Assembly (NCBI GenBank): GCA_963715985.1
Contig: CAVQSP010000014.1
Location: forward strand, 288,001-352,000
From: an uncultured Thermoleophilia bacterium
GTDB taxonomy: Bacteria; Actinomycetota; Thermoleophilia; UBA2241
Direction: 5' to 3'
Length of the DNA: 64,000 bases
The notes below the pieces were generated by a model that had not been told where the DNA came from, ran no database searches, and saw only the letters and a list, made by a program, of their open reading frames with translations. The position numbers and the translations under genes are program-made. This document shows, piece by piece, positions 40,474 to 50,786 of the stretch. The first letter of the stretch is position 1, and every line of letters begins with the position of its first letter.

Positions 40474-40813
40474 TCAGCGGCTGGGCGGCGCTGTACATCT
40501 TCATCCTCGCCGGCTTCGTCGGCTACGAGGTCATCTCGCGGGTGCCGGTGATCCTGCACACGCCGCTCATGAGCGGCTCCAACTTCGTGCACGGCATCGT
40601 GGTGGTGGGCGCCATGGTGGCGCTCGGTAACGCCACCACGACGCCCGAGCGCATCCTCGGCTTCATCGCGGTACTGCTGGGCACGGCCAACGCCGTCGGC
40701 GGCTACGCCGTCACCGAGCGCATGCTCGAGATGTTCACGAGCAGCAAGGACAAGGGACGCAAGAAGGCCGACGAGGTCGACACGGCGGCGGCGGCGAGAG
40801 AAGGCGGGCTGCG

Positions 40814-42205
<1,392 letters not shown>

Positions 42206-42283
42206 CGAGCTGGGCTCGCGCCGGCCAGGGTGACGTTCCCCGTCACCCGTTGAACTCGGACACCGCCCCGCCACACTGAGGCG

Positions 42284-43258
42284 GTGTCGGAGCTCATCAC
42301 CCAGATGCAGGCCGCCCTGCGTGCCCGCCACTACAGCCGCCGCACCGAGCAGTCCCATTGCCGCTGGGTGCGTCGGTACATCCGCTTCCATGGCCTCAGG
42401 CACCCGGCCGGCATGGCCGAGCCGGAGATCAACGCCTTCGTCACCCATCTTGCGGTCGAGGACAAGGTCAGCGCCTCGACGCAGACGCAGGCGCTCTCCG
42501 CGATCCTCTTCCTCTACCGCCACGTGTTGCATCGGGAGGTCGGAAGACTCGCCGGCCTCGTCCGCGCGTACGAGTCCACGCACCTGCCCGTCGTCCTGAG
42601 CAGGGAGGAGGTCCGGGTGCTCCTAGACGAGCTCGAGCGCCGAGGCCCGGCCGGCTTCGAGGTCTGGCTCATCGCGTCCCTGCTCTACGGCGCAGGCTGC
42701 GCCTCAACGAGTGCCTGCGCCTGCGTGTGCTCGACCTCGACCTTGCGCGCGGCGAGCTCGTCGTGCGCGACGGCAAGGGCGGCAAGGACCGCGCCACGAC
42801 ACTGCCACGTGCCCTGGAACCGGCGCTGCGCGACCAGTTGCGCCACACGCGCGCCGTGCACGAGGCGGACCTCGCCGCCGGCTGGGGACGTGTCCAGCTC
42901 CCCGACGCCCTCGCGCGCAAATACCCGCGCGCCCCGGCCGAGTGGCGCTGGCAGTGGGTCTTTCCGCAGCAACGCCGCTGGATCGACCGCCGCACGGGGG
43001 ATCAGGGCCGTCACCACGTCCACCCGACCATCGTCCAGCGCGCCGTCCACGACGCCGTCCGGCGCGCCGGCATCGACAAGCACGCCACTTGCCACACCCT
43101 CCGCCACTCCTTCGCCACGCACATGCTCGAGACCGGCTACGACATGCGCACCATCCAGGAGCTCCTCGGCCACAAGGACGTCGGCACCACCATGATCTAC
43201 ACCCACGTCCTCCATGCGCGGCGGCCAGGGTGTGCGCAGCCCGCTCGACGCGCTGTGA
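42284..43258 (+). CDS. intI: Integron integrase (tyrosine recombinase), two apparent single-base frameshifts (~42696, ~43216)
   Basis: [44 protein letters not shown], IntI-specific insertion [47 protein letters not shown], corrected end [13 protein letters not shown]. Confidence 0.93.
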
Positions 43259-43290
43259 TGACTCCCCCGCGCTCCTTGGCATCAGAGCAA

Positions 43291-43305
43291 TAAAGGTATA
43301 CTTTA
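43291..43305 (+). promoter_or_regulatory. Near-palindromic operator with -10 box for brnTA
   Basis: TAAAGGTATACTTTA overlapping TATACT, directly at the start codon. Confidence 0.5.
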
Positions 43306-43590
43306 TGGAGAGTAAAGGGAGCGAGCCGCAGTTCGAGTTCGACGAGCGCAAGAGCCGCCTCAACAGCCTCAAGCACGGCATCGACTTCGTCGAGGCGCAG
43401 GCGCTCTGGCTGGATGAAGCGCTTCTCGAGGGTCGTGGTCGCGGAACGGGAGAGACCCGGCTTCTTATGATCGGACGGATCGAAGCGGAGACACTGGGCG
43501 GCGGTCATCACCTACCGGGGACCGTCCATCCGGATCATCTCGGTGCGGAGAGCACGCGCGAGGGAGATCGAGGCATATGAAGGCCAGTGA
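43305..43590 (+). CDS. brnT: BrnT-family toxin (frameshift near 43490)
   Basis: FEFDERKS..N..KHGIDF; the corrected frame ends IRIISVRRAR.REIEAYEGQ*. Confidence 0.85.
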
Positions 43591-43813
43591 CTTCGACAAG
43601 AAGTTCGACGACGGCGTCGAGGACATCATCGACGACATCGACCCCACCAGCTGGAGGAGGCCCAACCGAGAGGTCAGGCGCGTGAACGTCGACTTCCCTG
43701 TGTGGATGGTCGAGTCGCTGGATCGCGAGGCCCAGCGACTGGGCGTCACCCGCCAGGCGGTCATCAAGGTCTGGATCGCCGAGCGCCTGGAGCAACAGGC
43801 GAAAGCGAGCTGA
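43577..43813 (+). CDS. brnA: BrnA/CopG-type antitoxin
   Basis: MKASDFDKKFDDG...RRVNVDFPVWM..SLDREA.RLGVTRQ..IKVWIAERL. Confidence 0.85.
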   Translation: MKASDFDKKFDDGVEDIIDDIDPTSWRRPNREVRRVNVDFPVWMVESLDREAQRLGVTRQAVIKVWIAERLEQQAKAS

Positions 43814-43844
43814 CCGGATCGCGCCTCACCCGCCTCTCGCAGTC

Positions 43845-43941
43845 TGCATATGCCACCCCTGCGAACTCGGTAGTACAGTCCTACGCAGAAGTCGGCAGGC
43901 TCACGCAAGCTCATACATGTACTGCCGAAAGCTTGTTAGCG
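43845..43941 (+). other. Candidate attI region with core GTTAGCG at 43935-43941
   Basis: Non-coding, lower GC, no attC hairpin; the core's reverse complement CGCTAAC matches R'' of the first attC (CCCTAAC) at 6 of 7 positions. Confidence 0.6.
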
Positions 43942-44014
43942 GTACACCGGTCGTGAGGCCAATGTCCACCACTCGGGTGTTGCGCCCGCCGGGCGCACGG
44001 GGGAGACTGTCGAC

Positions 44015-44245
44015 ATGCGCACCACCGATCTCGAGATCGCCAAGCTCTCCCTCGCTGAGCGCATCCAGCTCGCCGAGGACCTCTGGGACAGCGTCGCCGC
44101 CGAGACCGGTGGGTTGCCGCTCACCGAGGCGCAGACGACGGAGCTCGACCACCGCCTCGCCCAGCTCGCCCGCGATCCTGAGGCCGGCGACCCCTGGGAG
44201 GTCGTGCGCGGGCGCATCCAGGAGCGCCTCGACAAGGCCGGATGA
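44015..44245 (+). CDS. Cassette 1: addiction module antitoxin component (TIGR02574-like)
   Basis: LSLAERIQLAEDLWDS...ELDHR...PWEVVR. Confidence 0.85.
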   Translation: MRTTDLEIAKLSLAERIQLAEDLWDSVAAETGGLPLTEAQTTELDHRLAQLARDPEAGDPWEVVRGRIQERLDKAG

Positions 44246-44544
44246 CCCTGCGCCTCGTCGTCCGCGCGGCCGCCGAGGCGGACGTCCTCGAAGCGGCACT
44301 CTGGTACGAACAGCGCTCCCCAGGTCTCGGCACAGAGTTCCTGCGCGCCGTCGACGTCACCCTCGCCGAGATCGCGCGCATGCCCGAACGCTTCCCGCTC
44401 GTCTACTGCGAGTCGCGCCGTGCGCTGCTGCGCCGCTTCCCGTATGGCGTCTTCTTCGTCGCCGCTCCCGATCTGGTCAGCGTGGTCGCCTTCATGCACG
44501 CGCGCCGCGACCCACGCCGCTGGGAGGAGCGCGTCGGTGGATGA
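44242..44544 (+). CDS. Cassette 1: RelE/ParE-family toxin
   Basis: WYEQRSPGLG.EF...RRFPYG...HARRDP. Confidence 0.85.
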   Translation: MTLRLVVRAAAEADVLEAALWYEQRSPGLGTEFLRAVDVTLAEIARMPERFPLVYCESRRALLRRFPYGVFFVAAPDLVSVVAFMHARRDPRRWEERVGG

Positions 44545-44545
44545 C

Positions 44546-44633
44546 CCCTAACAAACGCATCAACCTGACGGCCACGAGCTACACTGCGGAAGTGAGGGTT
44601 GTTCGCCGCAGGCCTATGCGCAGCACGTTGGGC
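44546..44633 (+). repeat. attC1
   Basis: R'' CCCTAAC, L'' GCATCAACCTG ... L' CAGGCCTATGC, R' GTTGGGC. Confidence 0.85.
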
Positions 44634-44654
44634 AAACACCGGTGGAGGTTGGTC

Positions 44655-45134
44655 GTGATCGGACGTCGTCTCCTCGCAGCCTGCGCCGTCGCACTTGCCT
44701 TGTGTGCCGTGCTGCTGCTTTCCGCCTGCGGCTCCGGCAGCGAAGCGACGCCAGGTCCGCAGCCCACTTACGGCACGGCACGCGAGACCGTGGTCGCCTT
44801 CTACGAGGCGCACGCCGAGGGCCGCGAGGCCGACGCCTACGCGCTGCTCTCCGATCTGCATGACCCCAGCCTGACGCTCGACCAGTACGTGGGCGAGACG
44901 CGCTGGCGGCGCGACCTGCAGCTGCAGGAGGTGGGCCCGGCCGAAGCCGAGAGCTCCGCAGGCCGTCCCGAGTACTACGAGAGCCTGCACGACCTGCGGG
45001 AGGTCATGGTCGAGTTCTACCAAGCGCACGACGCGGAGGCCCGCGAGAGCGGAGACGCGACCGAGTTCGTGACGGTCGCGCGGGAGAGCCCGGACGGCCC
45101 TTGGCGCATCGTCGAGATCGGTACGGGGCCGTGA
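44655..45134 (+). CDS. Cassette 2: putative lipoprotein
   Basis: Lipobox LSAC after a hydrophobic signal; ends WRIVEIGTGP. Confidence 0.7.
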   Translation: MIGRRLLAACAVALALCAVLLLSACGSGSEATPGPQPTYGTARETVVAFYEAHAEGREADAYALLSDLHDPSLTLDQYVGETRWRRDLQLQEVGPAEAESSAGRPEYYESLHDLREVMVEFYQAHDAEARESGDATEFVTVARESPDGPWRIVEIGTGP

Positions 45135-45152
45135 AGGGAGCGGTGGAGTGTT

Positions 45153-45239
45153 GCCCGACAAGCGGATCAAGCTGATTCGTCAAAGCGTCGCGGCAAGACG
45201 GAGCCGCGGCGCTCGCAGCTTATCCGCGGTGCGTTAGCC
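45153..45239 (+). repeat. attC2
   Basis: R'' GCCCGAC, GGATCAAGCTG ... CAGCTTATCC, R' GTTAGCC. Confidence 0.85.
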
Positions 45240-45281
45240 CGAACCGATTCTGTCCACACACCCGTAGGGAGACTTCTCGCA

Positions 45282-46028
45282 GTGGACATTCCACGGATAT
45301 TCAACATCACTGAGAGTGCTCACCGCATCCACAACCCGATCACACCCGAGAAGCTTGCCACTCTCGGCGCGGCGCTGCGTCTGGAATCGGGGGTCCGAGT
45401 GCTCGACCTCGGCAGCGGTTCGGGGGAGATGCTGTGCACCTGGGCGCGCGATCACGGCGTCATCGGCACCGGCATCGACATGAGCCGGTTGTTCACCGAG
45501 CAAGCGAGACTCCGTGCTGAAGAACTCGGCGTCGCCGATCAAGTCAAGTTCATCCATGGCGATGCTGCCGGCTATGTCTCTGACGAGAAGGCCGATGTGG
45601 CAGCCTGTGTCGGTGCCACTTGGATCGCTGGGGGAGTTGCCGGCACTATCGAGCTTCTGGCGCGGAGCCTGCGCACCGGAGGGATCATCCTCATCGGCGA
45701 GCCCTACTGGCGGCAGTTGCCGCCGACGGAAGATGTTGCCACGGGGTGTCTTGCCAACTCGATCTCCGACTTTCTCATGCTTCCAGGACTTCTCGCGTCT
45801 TTCGGCCACCTTGGCTACGACGTTGTTGAAATGGTTCTCGCTGACCAAGACGGCTGGGACAGATACGAGGCGGCCAAGTGGCTCACCATGCGCCGATGGC
45901 TTGAAGCCAATCCCGACGACGAGTTCGCGAAGGATGTTCGAGCCAAACTGACCTCGGAACCCGAGCGCTACGCCGCTTACACGCGCGAATACCTGGGCTG
46001 GGGTGTGTTCGCGCTGATGCCGCGGTGA
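45282..46028 (+). CDS. Cassette 3: class I SAM-dependent methyltransferase, YjhP-like
   Basis: MDIPRIF..ES.HRIHNP, VLDLGSGSGEMLCTWARDHG, WDRYEAAKWLTMRRWL; resemblance to E. coli YjhP recalled, not searched. Confidence 0.85.
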   Translation: MDIPRIFNITESAHRIHNPITPEKLATLGAALRLESGVRVLDLGSGSGEMLCTWARDHGVIGTGIDMSRLFTEQARLRAEELGVADQVKFIHGDAAGYVSDEKADVAACVGATWIAGGVAGTIELLARSLRTGGIILIGEPYWRQLPPTEDVATGCLANSISDFLMLPGLLASFGHLGYDVVEMVLADQDGWDRYEAAKWLTMRRWLEANPDDEFAKDVRAKLTSEPERYAAYTREYLGWGVFALMPR

Positions 46029-46108
46029 CGCGTTGGCGCATCCGGCGGATCGTCAACGTCCAAGGTCATTGGCGGTCGGCGTGGGCCCAGATTGGCTACA
46101 CGCGGTCG

Positions 46109-46193
46109 GGCTAACAGAGGCATCAACCTGACGGCCAGAAGGTAAACTGACCAGAAGGCGCCTGCGCCGCAGGTCATGCCTAACACGTTGGGC
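46109..46193 (+). repeat. attC3
   Basis: R'' GGCTAAC, GGCATCAACCTG ... CAGGTCATGCC, R' GTTGGGC. Confidence 0.88.
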
Positions 46194-46231
46194 ACATCAC
46201 GACGCGGCCACGGGCCACATCGCCTCTGTGT

Positions 46232-46729
46232 CTACGGTGTCTGGGCGCGCGCTTTGATGATCTCGATCGCGGCCTTGCCGGTCATGTGCTCGATGGCGAG
46301 CTCTATCACGCACACTCTCTTCCATTCGCCATCGATCTCGGAATCCGCCGCTTCGAGGTAGTCGGGAGAGTACTTCTTCGCGAGGGATTCGAGGGCGTGT
46401 CTCTTCTCACTGTCCTCTGTGAGGACCCTCGCCCTGCCGAAGACGATGGCACTTCGGAAGTGCGTGGTGAACGTGCTCTGCACAACGTCGTCTGCAGCTA
46501 TCACGCAGAACGAGGCCTTCTCGTTCCGCTCGATAGCATCGATCTTGTGGCCGGCCTTCGCAGAGTGAAGGAAGAGCTTGCCGTCTTCGTAGGCGAAGCT
46601 CAGGGGGACCGCATAGGGATAGTCGTCATCACCGTGTACCGCCAAGACCCCCGAGGTGCAGGACTGCAGCATGGCGATCGTTTCCGTCTCCGGGAGTTCT
46701 TGCCTCTTGCGCCTCATCCCTCTGAACAT
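46232..46729 (-). CDS. Cassette 4 (reverse): Nim-like pyridoxamine 5'-phosphate oxidase family protein
   Basis: MFRGMRRKRQ, YPYAVPLS, HSAKAGHKIDAI, FTTHFRSAIVFG. Confidence 0.82.
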   Translation of the reverse strand: MFRGMRRKRQELPETETIAMLQSCTSGVLAVHGDDDYPYAVPLSFAYEDGKLFLHSAKAGHKIDAIERNEKASFCVIAADDVVQSTFTTHFRSAIVFGRARVLTEDSEKRHALESLAKKYSPDYLEAADSEIDGEWKRVCVIELAIEHMTGKAAIEIIKARAQTP

Positions 46730-46847
46730 GGTGCTTCTCTCTCTTCCGTAGTACTGGCCAGTGGAGGCTGGCATCCGGGCGCGCAGCCACGTTCGACAGC
46801 TCACATACTAGCCGAAGCTGTGGCGCCCTGAGGGGGACTGAAGCGAC

Positions 46848-46937
46848 GCATGACAAGCGCATCGAGCAGATTGTTCCGCAGGCTATGATGTCGGCGACAG
46901 CGCAGCGAGCCAACTGCTCATGCGCGAAACGTCAGGC
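46848..46937 (+). repeat. attC4
   Basis: R'' GCATGAC, GCGCATCGAGCAG ... CTGCTCATGCGC, R' GTCAGGC. Confidence 0.8.
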
Positions 46938-46944
46938 CCACGGA

Positions 46945-47730
46945 GTGCCGTTGAAGCGACCGCGTCTCATGGTCCACACTGTGGCCTCAGCCGATGGCCG
47001 GGTGTCGCTCGGCGCCAATCGTACGGGATTCGACGATGTTGGCGACGAGCGCTGGCAGGCGATCTGGGCTTCTGACACCAGCCTGGAGGAGAGTGTTCGC
47101 GCCCTCGTGTCTCGCTATCAGCCCCAGGTGCTGCTTGAGGGCAGCGGCTCGTTCGTAACGGAGGGCGCGAGTCTCTCGGAACTCCCTCCTGCGGAACTCG
47201 GCCCAGCGGAGCTGCATCGGGACTTCCTGCCCGGTGAGGTGGTGCACGCTCCGGACCACCGCGGATGGTTCGCGGTAGTGGATGGACGCGGGCGGATGCG
47301 GGCCGGGGTGAAGGAGTTCCCCGGTTGGGAGGGATGGCGCACGCTTCACCTCGTCTCCCATGCCACCCCGCCCGAGTACCTCGCCTTCCTCAGACGCTGT
47401 GGGATCCCCTACCTCATCGCGGGACGCGGGCATGTCGACCTCGAGCAGATCATGGCGAAGCTGAGGTCCCTCCTCGGCGTCAATTGCGTCGTTTGTACTG
47501 CCGGGAGCAGGCTGAACGGCGCTCTGCTGCGAGCGGGCCTGGTCGACGAGGTGAGCCTCGTGCTTCTGCCGGCGGTGATCGGGGGGTCCGAGACGCCGCA
47601 GCTGTTCCGCTGCGCTGAGCTGGGTCCTTCGGACTCGCCCACTCATCTCGAGTTGTTGTCCGTCGAGGGTGAATCCCAAGGGCGCGTCTGCCTCCGCTAT
47701 CGAGTCGTCGGAACGTCGAGCGAGGCCTGA
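46945..47730 (+). CDS. Cassette 5: RibD C-terminal / dihydrofolate reductase family protein
   Basis: ASADG, VVDGRGR, LNGALLRAGLVDEVSL..LP; stop TGA lies in R''. Confidence 0.8.
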   Translation: MPLKRPRLMVHTVASADGRVSLGANRTGFDDVGDERWQAIWASDTSLEESVRALVSRYQPQVLLEGSGSFVTEGASLSELPPAELGPAELHRDFLPGEVVHAPDHRGWFAVVDGRGRMRAGVKEFPGWEGWRTLHLVSHATPPEYLAFLRRCGIPYLIAGRGHVDLEQIMAKLRSLLGVNCVVCTAGSRLNGALLRAGLVDEVSLVLLPAVIGGSETPQLFRCAELGPSDSPTHLELLSVEGESQGRVCLRYRVVGTSSEA

Positions 47731-47814
47731 CAAGCGCATCAACCTGGCGCGTCTGGGCGCTGCGGTCGTATCCTCCGGCCGCAGCCCGTGCAGGTCATCC
47801 GCGGTGCGTTGGGC
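47725..47814 (+). repeat. attC5
   Basis: R'' GCCTGAC, GCGCATCAACCTG ... CAGGTCATCCGC, R' GTTGGGC. Confidence 0.85.
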
Positions 47815-47845
47815 AGAGCGGCGCATGGGTGAGGGTGAGAGGCGT

Positions 47846-48316
47846 ATGCGGACTCAGACGGTAAACGGCCCTTGGTGGGCGGCGCTCACCGTATGGGCCG
47901 TCGTCAACACCGTCAACCTGCTCCAGTCCGTCGGGTTCCTTTCAAGGATTCCGGCTGGCAGCATGGCGACCAACCAGCTGCTCGGCTACGTGATGATCGC
48001 CCTCGCGGCACCGGCGGGGCTCGCTCTCGTCGTGTTCTTGCGCGCTCGGGCAGGCTGGCTGCAATTGAGCGGCCCGATCGTCTACCTCGCCTTCGTCGCA
48101 CTGATGATCATCGTTGACTACGTCTCACCCATCGAGTGGCGATCTCCCGCGCGCTACGAGATCCTGGCGCCATATCTCCTGCTGTTCTTCGGGGCGATCT
48201 TGTTGATGGGCCTTCCCATGTACTGGCGTAGTCGCGCGTTCTGGATGGTGACGGTGGGGACTACTGTCCTATTGCTCGGTTCGATGGTACTCGCGTTGCG
48301 CGGAGGAGTGGGCTGA
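47846..48316 (+). CDS. Cassette 6: hypothetical multi-TM membrane protein
   Basis: About 5 hydrophobic helices between two attC sites. Confidence 0.7.
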   Translation: MRTQTVNGPWWAALTVWAVVNTVNLLQSVGFLSRIPAGSMATNQLLGYVMIALAAPAGLALVVFLRARAGWLQLSGPIVYLAFVALMIIVDYVSPIEWRSPARYEILAPYLLLFFGAILLMGLPMYWRSRAFWMVTVGTTVLLLGSMVLALRGGVG

Positions 48317-48331
48317 TGCAGCCGGGCTCGC

Positions 48332-48416
48332 GCCTGACAAGGGCATCGAGCAGAATGCCAGAAGGCAGACTGACCTGAGAGGGTATCCGCGCCTGCTCAT
48401 GCCCAATACGTTGGGC
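48332..48416 (+). repeat. attC6
   Basis: R'' GCCTGAC, GGGCATCGAGCAG ... CTGCTCATGCCC, R' GTTGGGC. Confidence 0.85.
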
Positions 48417-48490
48417 GTAGCAGGCTCGCAGCGTCTTCCACGGCCGAGGCGGGGTAGTATCCTTGTCGTGATGTCTTAGGGAGGTGAGTG

Positions 48491-48702
48491 ATGTCGGTCG
48501 TCTTTCGAATCGAGTTTGAGCGCGAGACGGACGGGCGCTGGATCGCCGAGGTAGTCGAGCTGCCTGGCGTGTTCGCCTACGGCGCGACCGAGGACGACGC
48601 CATCGCTCGCGTGCAGGCGCTGGCCCTGCGCGTCGTCGCTGACCGGCTCGAGAACGAGGAAGCCGGCGCGAGTATCGGAACATCTCCTTCGCCGCTGCGT
48701 GA
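48491..48702 (+). CDS. hicB: Cassette 7: HicB-family antitoxin (frameshift near the 3' end)
   Basis: IEFERETDGRWIAEVVELPGVFAYGATEDDA. Confidence 0.8.
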
Positions 48703-48911
48703 GCGACTGGCTCAGCACGCGCGCCAACGCTCGTCCTCGCCGCCCTCCTGCGCATCGGCTGGACGGTCGAGCGACAGACCGGCTCACACAAGGTCCTCTC
48801 GCGCCCGGGCAGGCTCAAGCTCGTCTTCGCCTTCCACGACCGCGAGGGATCGGGCCGCGGATGCTCGCGCGCCACGCCAAGCACAGCGGCCTGAGGCCCG
48901 GGGACCTGTGA
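48699..48911 (+). CDS. hicA: Cassette 7: HicA-family toxin (frameshifted)
   Basis: Joined frames read ..LLRIGWTVERQTGSHKVL...FAFHD..IGPRMLAR..K.SGL. Confidence 0.75.
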   Translation: MSDWLSTRANARPRRPPAHRLDGRATDRLTQGPLAPGQAQARLRLPRPRGIGPRMLARHAKHSGLRPGDL

Positions 48912-48921
48912 GAGTGAGCAC

Positions 48922-49009
48922 GCCCAACCAAGCGCATCGTGCAGAACGCCACGGGGTCTGCCGCACGGCGACAGGCACGCCGCGTCTGCCCATGCGCGAT
49001 GCGTCGGGC
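48922..49009 (+). repeat. attC7
   Basis: R'' GCCCAAC, GCGCATCGTGCAGA ... TCTGCCCATGCGC, R' GTCGGGC. Confidence 0.8.
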
Positions 49010-49079
49010 ATCACGAGCCGCGTCAACGGTTGCTCACAGTCAGCCGTGGTAGCGGGCCACAGCACCAAGGAGAGCCCTC

Positions 49080-49475
49080 ATGACAGTCGATCGCGAGAAG
49101 GTCAGCAGGATGGCTGCAGCCTACACGGCGGCCTGGAATTCCGGCTCACCAGACGCCGTTGCGTCCTTCTATGCTCCAGATGGGCAGATCGTCATCAATC
49201 GCGGTCAGCCGTGGGTCGATCGCAAAGGCATCTCTGAAATGGCCGCGGGCTTCTTCGCCGACGTGCCAGATCTTCAGTTGACGTGCGACGAGGTGCGTTG
49301 TGCTGGCGATCATGTCGCGTATTTCTGGACCTTTGCCGGGACACACGCAGCCACGAAGAATCCACTTCGAGTCGTCGGCTGGGAAGAGTGGGATCTCGAT
49401 GCCGACTTGAAGGTCATTGCATCGCGGGGTTGGTACGACTCCGCCGACTACGAACGGCAGACCACGGCCAGATAG
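49080..49475 (+). CDS. Cassette 8: SnoaL/NTF2-like protein
   Basis: YTAAWNSG...FYAPDG...WTFAGTH...GWEEWDL. Confidence 0.8.
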   Translation: MTVDREKVSRMAAAYTAAWNSGSPDAVASFYAPDGQIVINRGQPWVDRKGISEMAAGFFADVPDLQLTCDEVRCAGDHVAYFWTFAGTHAATKNPLRVVGWEEWDLDADLKVIASRGWYDSADYERQTTAR

Positions 49476-49577
49476 ATGAAGGGCGTTCCCGGCATGGACT
49501 GCATCAATCCCTACGGCGGATCGTAGTAACGCAGAACGCCGCAGAACATCATGACAGCGCGCTCTTGAGGATGTGAT

Positions 49578-49620
49578 GCCCAACCACTCGGTCAAGCGGA
49601 CCCGCCTGCGGCAGTCCGTC
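49578..49620 (+). repeat. attC8, truncated (left arm only, short-type attC)
   Basis: R'' GCCCAAC, then CACTCGGTCAAGCGGACCCGCCTGCGGCAGTCCG; no L'/R' follows. Confidence 0.6.
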
Positions 49621-49701
49621 CGCCGGACCGCAGACATGTCGAAGGACAGTCTTCCGCCAGGCTCACCGTGGAGACCCCATCGTCGTAGGCAGCGCGTAGG
49701 C

Positions 49702-49979
49702 ATGAGACTGTGGCTGGGCTATCTCCCCGGCGTCATCGTGCTCGGTTGGCCACTCTCGAGGGCGCTTGGATCCGGGCTCGCGTACCTGGCCGTTGCACTG
49801 GCCTGGATGGCAGCGGGCCTGCTCGTCCAGTTCTGGGCAGGGTCCTTTCGCTGCCCTCGATGCGGGAACCCCTTCTACCGGAACGGGGGTATCAGGGCTC
49901 GTGGGCACGCAGGTGTGCTCATTGCGGCCTCCTCATATGGGCTGAGTGTCGAGAATGCCTGACAAGGCGTTCGAGCTGA
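49702..49979 (+). CDS. Cassette 9: small 2-TM protein with CxxC..CxxC zinc ribbon (probable frameshift)
   Basis: RCPRCGNPF in one frame, RRCAHCGL in another. Confidence 0.5.
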
Positions 49980-50043
49980 GTCACGTAGTCGGCGCGCAAG
50001 ACTGTGGCGTGGGCTCTCGCAGCTCAACGCCCGGACGTTGGTC
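49957..50043 (+). repeat. attC9
   Basis: R'' GCCTGAC, GGCGTTCGAGCTG ... CAGCTCAACGCC, R' GTTGGTC. Confidence 0.85.
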
Positions 50044-50112
50044 ACAGCCTTCTCCACTGGTGGCGTGGGTGCGTTAGTGGTACCGTTCCCAGTAGCATAG
50101 GAGGTAGCGTCA

Positions 50113-50388
50113 ATGGCATCAGTACCCGACATCGTCCCCATCACCGACCTACGCCAGAACGCCTCGGGCGTCATCAAGCGCGCCGCCGACACGCAGCAGC
50201 CGGTGTTCATCACCCAGCGCGGCCGCGCGGCCGCCGTCGTCGTCAGCGCCAGGGCCTACGAGCGCACGCAGCACGAGCTCGAGATCCTGCGCCTGCTCGC
50301 CCACGGCGAGGCCGAGATCGAGGCCGGCATCGGGCACGCGCTCGCCGACGTGCTCGACGAGGCCGACGAGCTGCTCGGCAGGCCGTGA
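50113..50388 (+). CDS. Cassette 10: Phd/YefM antitoxin
   Basis: PITDLRQNAS...PVFITQRGRAAAV. Confidence 0.88.
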   Translation: MASVPDIVPITDLRQNASGVIKRAADTQQPVFITQRGRAAAVVVSARAYERTQHELEILRLLAHGEAEIEAGIGHALADVLDEADELLGRP

Positions 50389-50691
50389 GCCGCGGGGTCC
50401 TCTTCACGCCTGCCGCCCGCGAGCAGTTCCTCGCGACGCTGGCCTACATCGCTGCCGACGACCCGGCCGCGGCGCGAGGTCTGCGCGACCGCGCCGCCGC
50501 CTCACTCTCGCGCCTCGCCGACTACCCCGAGTCGGGCCGCGTGCTGCCCGAGTTCCCGACCTGCCGTTTCGCGAGGTCGTCGTACCGCCGTACCGCTTCT
50601 TCTACCGCGTGAAGGACGACGCGGTCTGGGTCGTCGCAGCCTGGCACTCAGCCCAGCTCCAGCAGAGCCGGAGGATGTTGGGCGGGACTGA
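50385..50691 (+). CDS. Cassette 10: RelE/ParE toxin (frameshifted)
   Basis: YIAADDPAAA, L.DYPESGR.LPE; alternative frames give PYRFFYRV..DAVWVVAAWH. Confidence 0.8.
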
Positions 50692-50773
50692 CAAGCGGAT
50701 CTGTCGAGGCGCCTGCGCGCGGTATCCTTCAGCCGCGAGCGCGGGCTCGCAGGTCATGCGCGGTGCGTTAGTC
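50686..50773 (+). repeat. attC10
   Basis: R'' GACTGAC, AAGCGGATC ... GCAGGTCATGCGCGGTGC, R' GTTAGTC; left arm partly degenerate. Confidence 0.75.
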
Positions 50774-50786
50774 CGAACTCCGGAGA

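Noticed and set aside
42284-43258. Integrase as XerC/D or a prophage integrase
   Set aside because: It has the IntI-specific insertion ([10 protein letters not shown]...WQWVFP) and an adjacent attC array; no phage genes are present
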